Part shown: positions 39,054 through 47,338 of the stretch, in pieces
Numbering within the stretch: position 1 is the first letter of the stretch
How the letters are laid out: each line of letters starts with the position of its first letter
From: Acidobacteriota bacterium
GTDB taxonomy: Bacteria; Acidobacteriota; UBA6911; RPQK01; JAJDTT01
Assembly (NCBI GenBank): GCA_965209055.1
Contig: OZ242374.1
Location: 2,976,001-3,040,000, forward strand
Length of the DNA: 64,000 nucleotides
Direction of reading: 5' to 3'
Notes under the pieces: model-generated
Told to the model about the DNA's origin: nothing
Databases searched by the model: none
Seen by the model: the letters and a program-made list of their open reading frames with translations, nothing else
Position numbers and translations under genes: made by a program

Positions 39054-40544
39054 ATGAACTGGAAGTACGAAACATTAATAACTCTGAGGCCGTTCCAACA
39101 TGAGTTCATAAAATATGCACTTATGCCGGGAATCCATACGGCGGCCTTGTCACTGCCGAAAGGGAACGGCAAGAGCACTCTGGCCGCGTTTCTGGCCTTG
39201 CAGACCCTTCTCCCGGAGTCTCCGCTATTCGTCCGGGGAGCGGAAAATCATATCGTGAGTAGTTCGGTGGGCCAGTCCCGCCGTAGCACGTTCGGAATAC
39301 TCCGGCGGATGTTGGCGCAGGTTCCGAACTGGGGAAGGGACTACCGGGTGACGGATAACGCAACCTCCGCAAGAATCGTCCACCCTCAGAGTCTCACTGA
39401 GGTCTCGGTACTCCCGGCCAACTCAAAAGCGGCGCAGGGCATCGTCCATGCGCGTCTGGTCATTGCAGACGAGCCCGGAGCCTGGAAGGTGGGCGACGGG
39501 GAAGAGATGCACGACACCCTACAGGCCACGGTAGGGAAACCGGGAGTGAACCTCCGTTTGCTCTACATTGGCACCCTTGCTCCGGCGGGCCGGGGTCATT
39601 GGTGGCCGGAGTTGATAGAGGATGGAGGCGACGGCCTCACCCACGTCACCTTTTACGGGGGAACGCCGGAGGAAGTAGCGGAGCGGTGGGATACGTGGCC
39701 TTTGATCCGCCGGAGCAATCCGTTGATGAGTCACTTCCCGGAGTCCCGGCGGGTGCTACTCGCAGAGCGGGACAAGGCCCGGAGGGATTCGAGGTTGCAG
39801 GCCCGATTTTGCAGCTATCGCTTGAACTGCCCTTCTCGGGACCGCTCGGAGATGGTGTTGACCGTGGCGGACTTCGAGAGGGCCTCAAATCGCACTCTGC
39901 CAGTCCGGGACGGTGCTCCCGTCGTCGGTCTCGATTTGGGCCAGGGGAGGGCCTGGTCTTCTGCCGTCGCCCTCTGGCCCTCTGGCCGTTGTGAGGCCGT
40001 GGCCGTCGCTCCCGGCCTCCCGTCAATCGAGGCGCAAGAGCGGAGGGACCGCGTACCGAAAGGCACCTACCGGAGACTGATAGAGGTGGGGTCTCTGACC
40101 GTCGCAGAGGGCCTGAGAGTGCCTCCCGTGGCCTCCATCATGCGGCAGATCCGGGAATGGCAGCCACGGGTGATCCTCTGCGACAGGTTCCGGTATGGGG
40201 AGGTTTTGGACTCAAACCCGCCCTGTCTGGTAGTTCCACGGGTGTCCCGGTGGTCTTCCAGCACGGAAGACATTACCCACCTCCGCAGAATGGCCGCAGA
40301 CGGGCCCTTGTCGATAGCGGTGGGGAGCCGTCACCTACTGGCCGCCTCTCTGAGTGCGGCCAAAGTCATCACCGACGACGCCGGGAACGTGAGACTGAGC
40401 AAGTCAAAGGAAAACACGGCAAGGGACGACGTGGCGGCAAGCCTGATTCTATCGGCGGGGGAATGGGGGAGGCGGTATGCAGGCGAGACTCAAGAACCGG
40501 TTTTTGTATTCGCCCCTTCTAACGGTCCCGTCGCGGTGATGTAA
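39054..40544 (+). CDS. Terminase large subunit
   Basis: LRPFQ adenine motif, PKGNGKST Walker A, LVIADE Walker B, SNP, VVGLDLG nuclease, RDDVAAS. Confidence 0.9.
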   Translation: MNWKYETLITLRPFQHEFIKYALMPGIHTAALSLPKGNGKSTLAAFLALQTLLPESPLFVRGAENHIVSSSVGQSRRSTFGILRRMLAQVPNWGRDYRVTDNATSARIVHPQSLTEVSVLPANSKAAQGIVHARLVIADEPGAWKVGDGEEMHDTLQATVGKPGVNLRLLYIGTLAPAGRGHWWPELIEDGGDGLTHVTFYGGTPEEVAERWDTWPLIRRSNPLMSHFPESRRVLLAERDKARRDSRLQARFCSYRLNCPSRDRSEMVLTVADFERASNRTLPVRDGAPVVGLDLGQGRAWSSAVALWPSGRCEAVAVAPGLPSIEAQERRDRVPKGTYRRLIEVGSLTVAEGLRVPPVASIMRQIREWQPRVILCDRFRYGEVLDSNPPCLVVPRVSRWSSSTEDITHLRRMAADGPLSIAVGSRHLLAASLSAAKVITDDAGNVRLSKSKENTARDDVAASLILSAGEWGRRYAGETQEPVFVFAPSNGPVAVM

Positions 40545-40824
40545 AACCTACCTCCCGGCGGGTCTTTTCGTTTCGCTTGGCCTGTAAAATGGCATGACCC
40601 AAAACGCAGGTTACAGCGAACACTCCGAGGCGGTACAAAAAGTAAGTCAGACCTACCAACGCGGCCAACAAAATCAGTAATTCCACCTCACGGCCTTCCT
40701 TTTGAAGTGAGCGGGAAAATCCACTTTCTCTCAGGTCTCAAAACTCCCCCTCTCAGACTCTCCCATTTTCTACCAAGACGGCCAGAATAGGGTGACTATC
40801 TGTGTTGGCTCAGGTAACACCAAA

Positions 40825-41847
40825 TCACGCGTACTGATTCAGGCGTGATTTGTAGTGCCACGGGAAAGGCCCCGGACGGTGAAAGATACGGTGAACCGCA
40901 CGGCCAGACAGGCCCCAACCATTCGCCACTTCCCGCATTGAAAAACCTAACGCCACTGCTACAGAAATTGCGTGGTCCCTGTCTTCGGTTCGCTGCCTCC
41001 GCTTGTCCGCTCCGATTCTCGCCCTTGTCCGTTGCCGCCGAATCCAGGCCGGGCAATGCCAGTTTCTGGCCGCCCACGCTTGGCGGTATTCCGTCACTTT
41101 TTTCACCGTGGCCCGGACTTCACTTGCAGGGAGTCTCCCCCGGCCCTCTTTCTCGAAGACTTGATTGCGAGTCTCTGCGGCCACGGCCACGTCGATACCC
41201 CGGTTTTCCTTACGTCCGGCCCAACGCATCAACTCTTGGAACATATCCACGTTCCGGCCAATTCCGGTTCGGACTTTGCACGGCATCTTCCAGCCAAAGG
41301 GAATCACCTCTGCGAGCTCCTCCAGGGAGTAACCGCCCTTGTGTTTCCAATGGGTAACGGTGGACCTATCGGCCCAATGCATAGGGTTTCGGGTGAGGAA
41401 TCCGCTGTATCCAGGGTCCGCCGAGGTCTGGCCGTGGTAGTACGAATCGACCCGTTTCAAGAGTTGTAGCGGTTTCGGTCTGGCCTCCGGGTAACGGTGG
41501 ACTGGTTTTCTCAGGGTCCATACGGCATGACAGTGGCCGTTGGCCTTGTTTTGGACAATCCAGGACGGTTCCCGGACTCTCGGCCAGACGATGGCCTCCC
41601 ACATGGCTTGTTCGTCGTCGCAGTCGAGAATCAGGCCGACGTAGGTATTAGCGGCATGGAGTTGTAGAAACGGGTGCCTCCATGCATTGGCCGGGGGGAC
41701 GTGGATCCGAGATTTGAAGTCTCTGCGCCGGGATGCGCCGCGCCCGACGTATCCGCAAACCTTGGGGCGGATATGAGCATCACTCAGGCCGTGGAGCCTC
41801 ACCTTCGGCGGGGCGTCTTCAATGGGGAGTCTTGCCGGTACAGGCAT
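40825..41847 (-). CDS. ColE2-type replication initiator (Replicase + PriCT + HTH)
   Basis: LILDCD, NGHCHAVWTL, DPGYSGFLTRNP, GIGRNVDMF, LPASEVRATVK, C-terminal HTH. Confidence 0.88.
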   Translation of the reverse strand: MPVPARLPIEDAPPKVRLHGLSDAHIRPKVCGYVGRGASRRRDFKSRIHVPPANAWRHPFLQLHAANTYVGLILDCDDEQAMWEAIVWPRVREPSWIVQNKANGHCHAVWTLRKPVHRYPEARPKPLQLLKRVDSYYHGQTSADPGYSGFLTRNPMHWADRSTVTHWKHKGGYSLEELAEVIPFGWKMPCKVRTGIGRNVDMFQELMRWAGRKENRGIDVAVAAETRNQVFEKEGRGRLPASEVRATVKKVTEYRQAWAARNWHCPAWIRRQRTRARIGADKRRQRTEDRDHAISVAVALGFSMREVANGWGLSGRAVHRIFHRPGPFPWHYKSRLNQYA

Positions 41848-41940
41848 GGTTCCCTTCGATACGGAAATACTCGGTCACGTCAATTCTTCCTTTTCACCCC
41901 TCGCTCTCAGTCGCCAAACATCCGAGCCGGGGTGGGTCTA

Positions 41941-42309
41941 CTACTTCCCGGCAGGAATCAACGTGGAGGAGTCCATTCTCGCCAGCTTCAAGAGTTCCAC
42001 CCGATCCGCCGCCGGATGGGGATAGTTGTCGTCTCCACTGGTCCGGTGACTCAGGACGTACTCGGTCACCAAGGCCCGAATCACCCGGTTCAACGACACT
42101 CCGTTAAACTGGCTGGCCCAGCGGAGCATCTCTTTTTCGTCCGCAGTGAAGCGGACGCAAAATGTCTTCGGCTTGCCCCGAGCCGGGACCAAGAATGTCC
42201 CCTCGGGCCCAATCACTATAGTGGCCTGGACTTTGCCGTTGCGGTCCATGGGGATTTCTCCCATCACCCGCGCCCCTGCAAACTCATCACCTCTTTGCAG
42301 TTTCTTCAT
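41941..42309 (-). CDS. Putative ribbon-helix-helix DNA-binding protein
   Basis: GGAGG RBS; TFCVRFTADEKEMLRWAS...VSLNRVIRALV. Confidence 0.6.
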   Translation of the reverse strand: MKKLQRGDEFAGARVMGEIPMDRNGKVQATIVIGPEGTFLVPARGKPKTFCVRFTADEKEMLRWASQFNGVSLNRVIRALVTEYVLSHRTSGDDNYPHPAADRVELLKLARMDSSTLIPAGK

Positions 42310-42472
42310 TTTCGGGTCCTCCAAATGAAAATTGATATCACTGGAAATGATATCACGAATGGAAGGGGAGAGTCCAAACCCTAGACGCACGAGTGGGCGG
42401 GGTGTCGGGAATCCATGACGGACGGCAAATTTGTCAGATCCTCGTTCTATAATCCCCGGTTTTCTGGAGAGA

Positions 42473-42715
42473 ATGATGGAAATGGAATTGGAGCAGAGGC
42501 TAGACGAGATCGAACGGAAGATTGAAGCAGATACGGTCCTCCTAATTGGACTATTTGATCTTGCTTGTACCCCTATAGAGGAACGGAACAGGGAGGGGCA
42601 ACTCGCCTTCATCGCCGATAAGCTCGGTCTTCGATACGAGGGACTGGCTCCGACCAAACGCTACTTGGAGGAGATTGGGAACACATTGCGCGAACTTCAA
42701 AACTACGGAAATTGA
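42473..42715 (+). CDS. Small hypothetical protein
   Basis: TATAAT and GGAG upstream; helical 80-aa ORF. Confidence 0.55.
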   Translation: MMEMELEQRLDEIERKIEADTVLLIGLFDLACTPIEERNREGQLAFIADKLGLRYEGLAPTKRYLEEIGNTLRELQNYGN

Positions 42716-42718
42716 GGG

Positions 42719-42802
42719 TCCCCGGCGTGGGACTCGAACCCACACGACCTCTCGGCCACCAGATTTTAAGTCTAGCGCGTCCGCCAATTCTGCCAACCGG
42801 GG
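42719..42802 (-). tRNA. tRNA-Leu(UAA)
   Basis: Acceptor CCCCGGT/GCCGGGG, A73, anticodon arm CTAGA-CTTAAAA-TCTGG, long variable arm, GTGGG-TTCGAGT-CCCAC; CCA not encoded. Confidence 0.92.
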
Positions 42803-42899
42803 ACATTCCCAATACTGATCCAAACTGCGAGTTCCGTACAGGCCAGCAGTCCGGCACAGAGACGGGAACGGTTATCGGTAGCCGCCGAAAGGGGGGGTG

Positions 42900-43262
42900 A
42901 TGAACCTCGTAATCTGTGGATTGATTTATGACGCAATGGGGGTGTCTCTCTTGGGTCTGTCGTTCATCAAAAAGCCAAAAACGATCCGCGATGAAGTTGG
43001 AACGTATTGGAATCTGAACGAGAAGTTGCTCCTGGGGAATGTGAAAAAAGACTTGGATGGAGCAGTCGGAACCTCGATTCTTCTCCTCGGATTTATTTTC
43101 CAAACAATCGGCCAATTTTGTTTCCGGGCCGGGCCGTGGCCCTGGGTGCTTCTTCTTCTTCTTTTTCTCTTCGTCTGTACGTATGCCTCAATGGTACGTG
43201 GCGTCTGGATCCGATACAGAATCAAAAGCGTCAAGCGGACACTGGAAGAATCTGAAGTTTGA
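42900..43262 (+). CDS. Small membrane protein (3 hydrophobic segments)
   Basis: AT-rich ORF with three transmembrane-like stretches. Confidence 0.65.
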   Translation: MNLVICGLIYDAMGVSLLGLSFIKKPKTIRDEVGTYWNLNEKLLLGNVKKDLDGAVGTSILLLGFIFQTIGQFCFRAGPWPWVLLLLLFLFVCTYASMVRGVWIRYRIKSVKRTLEESEV

Positions 43263-43303
43263 CCACGAGTCGTTCGAGCCGATTCCGCTAGGCGGGGACA
43301 AAG

Positions 43304-43332
43304 TTGACGCGGGAATCAGGGCGCACTATAAG
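43304..43332 (+). promoter_or_regulatory. Outward-facing sigma70-like promoter near attR
   Basis: TTGACG-N17-TATAAG. Confidence 0.55.
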
Positions 43333-43365
43333 GAAGGCACTGTTTTCAGACGGGGTCTATCCCAA

Positions 43366-44366
43366 AAATCCCGTTTCTTCCAGTTGCGGTGCTCTCCAAG
43401 TTGGAAACCCTGATCGGAGTTGACGACGATGATGGTTTCAGTCAGGCGTCCGGCCTGTTCCAGGACCGAAAGCAACCTTCCGACCTCCCGGTCCACGGCC
43501 CGGATCATGCCGTAGTAAGTTCCCCGGGCGAGCCCGATCTCTTCCCGGCTCAGGTGGGGAGCGCCGCTGTAGACATGGATATTCTCCCGCTCGTAACGGG
43601 GCTTTCCCCGGGTCTCCCCGGGTGTCGGAAAAGGCAGATCGATTCGGCTGGGATCGACGAACCAGGAGGGCGTGGTGGAGCAGGCGACGTGCGGCGCGTG
43701 GAAGGAGACGCGCAGGAAGAAGGGCTCCGGCGATCGAACCAGTTCCCGCAGGCGGCCGAGCGCCAGGTTTCCCAGCCGGGCCGTGCGGATCTGGCCGGGA
43801 GGAATGTCGAGCAGGCCCCCGATCATCCATTGATGGGTCTGGGTTCGAACCACCGACAGGAGGCGGCGGCGCCACTCGGAGGGCAGGTGCGGGGTGGGCC
43901 GTCCCCGGTTGTCGAGATACCGGGGAGGGTCGCCCAAGAGACGCCAATCCTCCCGGAAGGCGTGGGCCTTGCCCACGTTCTCGGGGGTGATGCCGGCTTC
44001 GGTCCAGGCCTTGAGGAGGTTCGGGGTTTCGTTCCGTGACCGGGTCCGGTAGCGTCCCGGCTTCGAAGCCGGCTTTCCCATGGCCATGACGCCGGTCTGG
44101 TGCGCGTAGAGACCGGTCTTCATCGAGGTCCGCGATGGGACGCAGACCGGATTCTGGACGATGGCCGTCTCGAAGCGGACCCCCTCGCGGGCGATACGGT
44201 CCATGTGCGGCGTATCGGCCCAGGGCCGGCCGTAGCAGCTCAGCGTATCCGCCCGCCCGTCGTCCAGCATGATCCAGAGGACGCTGGGCGGGGAGGTTGA
44301 GGCCGCGGCGGCGGTTCCACTTCCGGCGAGCAGAAGGAGATAAACGGAGAGGCCGTATCGGGTCAC
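43366..44366 (-). pseudogene. 5' part of a split sulfatase
   Basis: Signal peptide, WIMLDD, CVPSR formylglycine motif, SDQGFQLGEH...KRDF at the junction. Confidence 0.9.
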
Positions 44367-45907
44367 GGAAACTTCGGCTGTCCGCCTCTCCGCTGGGACC
44401 AGGGCTGGTTCAGATCCATCGCCACGGGATCCTCCACTTCCTTCTGGCGAACCCGAAGCCGGGCCCACATTTCCCGAACCTGGTCCTGGTAGTCCGGAAG
44501 AAAATAGAGGTTCCGCATCTCCTTGGGGTCGCGGCCCAGGTGGTAGAGCTCCCCGTCGCCGGCGGAGCTCACCGTGAGCTTCCAACCCTCGGGCGTGACC
44601 AGGGTCCGGTGCTGGTAGACGTGCCGCCGGTTCCAGGGATGGCTGAAACCCTGTTCGTCGCTGACGACCAGGATGTCCCGGTCGGGGAACTCCCGTCCCG
44701 AGCGCAGGTCAGCGGCCCAGCTCTCTCCCTGCAGGTGCTCGGGCAGCGGCTGCCCCATCAGGTCCAGCAGGGTCGGTGTCACATCCACCTGGCTCACGGG
44801 CTTCCCGACGCGCCGGGAGCGGTCCCACAATCCCGGAACCGAAAGCAGGAACGGTACCTTCGCCGCCTCCTCGTAGCTGTTCATCTTGGACATGAGGCGG
44901 TGGTCGCCCAGCATCTCGCCGTGCTCGCTGGTGAAGACGACGATGGTGTTCTCCTCCAGCCCCAATTCCCGAAGCCGGTCCAGCACGCGGCCCACCATTT
45001 CGTCCACCAGGGTGACCAGGCCCCAGTAGCGGGCCATGGCGTCCCTCAGCTCCTCGACGGTCTGGGGATAGGCGATGGGAAGCTCGCCCCGGATCAACGC
45101 CAGCCGCATCTGCCGCTTGGCGAAGGATACGGTGGGGTCCATCGGTTGGAAAAAGGAATCGGGGATCGGCATGTCGGCCGGGTCGTAAAGGTCCCCGTAG
45201 ACGTTGGTGAAGGGCGGCCCCTGCTTGTGATCGGCGAAGGCGTGGGGCGCCAGGAAGCTCAGATAGAGGACGAAGGGCCGGTCCTTGTGCTGCTCCAGGA
45301 ACCGGATCCCCCGCCGGGCCAGGTAGACCGGCTTGGAGAGTTCCTTGGGCAGGCGGTTGGCCAGGTCGCGGGAATGGCCGTAGGGCTCGTCCGCCTCGAT
45401 CCCCTTCCCCTTCAGGAAGTGGTAGTAGCCGGAGCGCTGGGAATGATCCTGATCCTCGGACCACCATCTTTGATAGATCTCGGTGCTGTCGAAGTCGGTG
45501 AAGCCCCGCTGCTTGAAGATCTCGTTTCCCAGGTGCCACTTGCCGTAGTAGGCGGAGGCGTACTCGGGGTGCTGCAGCATTTCCACCAGGATCGGCACCT
45601 TGGGATCGAGGGGGAGGTTGTTTTTCCATGAGCCGTGCTTATGAGGGTAGAGCCCGGTGAGCAGGCTGGCCCGGGAGGGAGTGCAGACCGGGGCGGACAC
45701 GTAGAAGGAGTCGAAGACGAAGCTTCGCCGGGCCAGTCGGTCCAGGTGGGGCGTCCGGATCTGCTTGTTGCCGTAGACGCCCAGCGTGTCGACCCGCTGT
45801 TGGTCGGTCAGGAATACGATCAGGTTCGGCGGCTTCTCTTCAGCTTCCGCAAAGGGAGAGCCATGGAGAAGGGCCGCGGCCAGGAGAGTTAGGATCCAGC
45901 GTTGCAT
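44363..45907 (-). CDS. Sulfatase (S1, Cys-type)
   Basis: PNLIVFLTDQ, CTPSRASLLTG, GKWHLG, TSEHGEMLGDH. Confidence 0.95.
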   Translation of the reverse strand: MQRWILTLLAAALLHGSPFAEAEEKPPNLIVFLTDQQRVDTLGVYGNKQIRTPHLDRLARRSFVFDSFYVSAPVCTPSRASLLTGLYPHKHGSWKNNLPLDPKVPILVEMLQHPEYASAYYGKWHLGNEIFKQRGFTDFDSTEIYQRWWSEDQDHSQRSGYYHFLKGKGIEADEPYGHSRDLANRLPKELSKPVYLARRGIRFLEQHKDRPFVLYLSFLAPHAFADHKQGPPFTNVYGDLYDPADMPIPDSFFQPMDPTVSFAKRQMRLALIRGELPIAYPQTVEELRDAMARYWGLVTLVDEMVGRVLDRLRELGLEENTIVVFTSEHGEMLGDHRLMSKMNSYEEAAKVPFLLSVPGLWDRSRRVGKPVSQVDVTPTLLDLMGQPLPEHLQGESWAADLRSGREFPDRDILVVSDEQGFSHPWNRRHVYQHRTLVTPEGWKLTVSSAGDGELYHLGRDPKEMRNLYFLPDYQDQVREMWARLRVRQKEVEDPVAMDLNQPWSQRRGGQPKFP

Positions 45908-45949
45908 GTTCGTCTCCGGGGAGATTCGCGATTCATCAAATTACCCTGC

Positions 45950-46147
45950 TGCGGGGGAGTCCGGCGGTTAGGAAACCGCCGCTCCAGGAAGGGCGATTTC
46001 CAATCGCCCGTTCTTCCGTCGCCGCTTTGTTGCGGGGGAGTCCGGCGGTTAGGAAACCGCCGCTCCAGGAGGGGCGATTTCCAATCGCCCGTTCTTCCGT
46101 CGCCGCTTTGTTGCGGGAGAGTCCGGCGGTTAGGAAACCGCCGTTCC
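45950..46147. repeat. BIME-like tandem array with 81-bp period (about 2.4 units)
   Basis: Units start at 45950, 46031 and 46112; palindromes GGCGGTTAGGAAACCGCC and GGGCGATTTCCAATCGCCC alternate with identical linkers. Confidence 0.88.
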
Positions 46148-46176
46148 TTTTGGGAAAAGATATAGTCCATTCCACG

Positions 46177-47310
46177 TCATTCTCCGGCAACGGCCTGTTC
46201 CAGTTGGCGGGCCGCCTGGCTCAACGCCTTCACCCTTCCGGTCGCCGTGTCCACTCCCCAGACGAAATGCACCGGTTGTCCGCCGAACTGTTCGGCAATC
46301 AGATCCACCAGGAGTTCCGAGCCCCGGCGGCCGGCGATGCTCCATTCCGCGAAACGCGTGCTGGGAACCTGGCCGTCCACCAGCCGTTGCGCCGCCTTCG
46401 ATCCCGACAACAGGTCCCGGTAAGCCTTTTCGGCCTCCTCCAACTGGCGCTTTTCCGCCTCCTCGTCGGCGGACTTCCGCTCAGGCGCGGGGGGTGTGCC
46501 GGCGGTCGGGGCTGTCCCGCCGTCAGGCTCCCGGACCAGGACCGGCCGGTCCCCCGGGCGCGGCGGCCGCGGGGGCTTGGGCTTTTCCGGTTTGGGGGGT
46601 GGCAAGGGGGCCGGTTCGGGCGCAGCGGCGGCCCGTGCCTTCGGTGGCGGCTTGATCTCCTGCTGGGGAGGGGAGGCGGTCGGGGTAGTGCCGGCGCCGG
46701 ATTCATCGGTCTCGACGGGATCCGAGTCGACGGCCGTGGTGGCGCTGGAAGCCGCAGTTTGGCCGGAACCGGCGTCGACGGGCGTCCCGACAGGCGCGGG
46801 GGGGACCGGCGGCTCGGGTGCGGGATCCGTGACGGCGGCCGGAGCCGTTTCCGTTGGAGCTTCTCCACCGCCGATCAGAAGCAGGACCAGGACCGCCGAC
46901 AGAACCACCACCGCTCCGGCCAGAATGGGTGCCATGGGCAGGCGGCGCCGCTTCTCGGTCTTGCGGTCTCGAAAGACCTCGTCGAAGAGGGACGCCGTAC
47001 CGCTGGCGGGGGGAAGGGGCGCGTCCGCCGACGGACCGGGGCCGGCCTCCGAAACCGGAGAAGGAACCCTTGCGACGGAGGCCTCCGCGCCGGCGCGGGC
47101 CTCTTTCTGTCCGGGATGCTGCATCAGGACCTGGTAGGCGTCGTGAATCTCCCGGATCTTGACGGCGGCCTTGGACCGGAGCCGCGGGTGCGATTTCAGG
47201 CGGCTCGGGTCCCACAGCGCCAGGAGATCGTCACGAGCCTCCACGATTTCCTTGACGGTGGCACCCGGCTTCAGGTCCAGGATGCGAAAGGCTTGCTCGA
47301 TATCGGTCAT
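46177..47310 (-). CDS. J-domain-like membrane protein with Pro-rich linker
   Basis: AFRILDL...EIHDAYQVL J-like N-terminus (WDPS in place of HPD), one TM segment, Pro/Ala-rich region. Confidence 0.7.
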   Translation of the reverse strand: MTDIEQAFRILDLKPGATVKEIVEARDDLLALWDPSRLKSHPRLRSKAAVKIREIHDAYQVLMQHPGQKEARAGAEASVARVPSPVSEAGPGPSADAPLPPASGTASLFDEVFRDRKTEKRRRLPMAPILAGAVVVLSAVLVLLLIGGGEAPTETAPAAVTDPAPEPPVPPAPVGTPVDAGSGQTAASSATTAVDSDPVETDESGAGTTPTASPPQQEIKPPPKARAAAAPEPAPLPPPKPEKPKPPRPPRPGDRPVLVREPDGGTAPTAGTPPAPERKSADEEAEKRQLEEAEKAYRDLLSGSKAAQRLVDGQVPSTRFAEWSIAGRRGSELLVDLIAEQFGGQPVHFVWGVDTATGRVKALSQAARQLEQAVAGE

Positions 47311-47338
47311 GGGATGATTGTCGACGGGTTGCCGTTGC

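Larger units (their letters stand above)
31713..43373. mobile_element. Integrated tail-less phage-satellite / phage-plasmid-like element, ~11.65 kb including the IS
   Basis: 8-bp direct repeat AAATCCCG (31713-31720 and 43366-43373) splits a sulfatase; recombinase, Rep, head and packaging genes; visibly lower GC than the flanks. Confidence 0.88.

Noticed and set aside
42719-42802. tRNA-Leu as the satellite's integration site
   Set aside because: No duplicated tRNA segment at the other end; the in-frame split sulfatase defines the ends.
45950-46147. Possible CRISPR array (regular palindromic repeats)
   Set aside because: Linkers are identical rather than unique spacers, there are no cas genes, and the motifs match the dispersed REP family.
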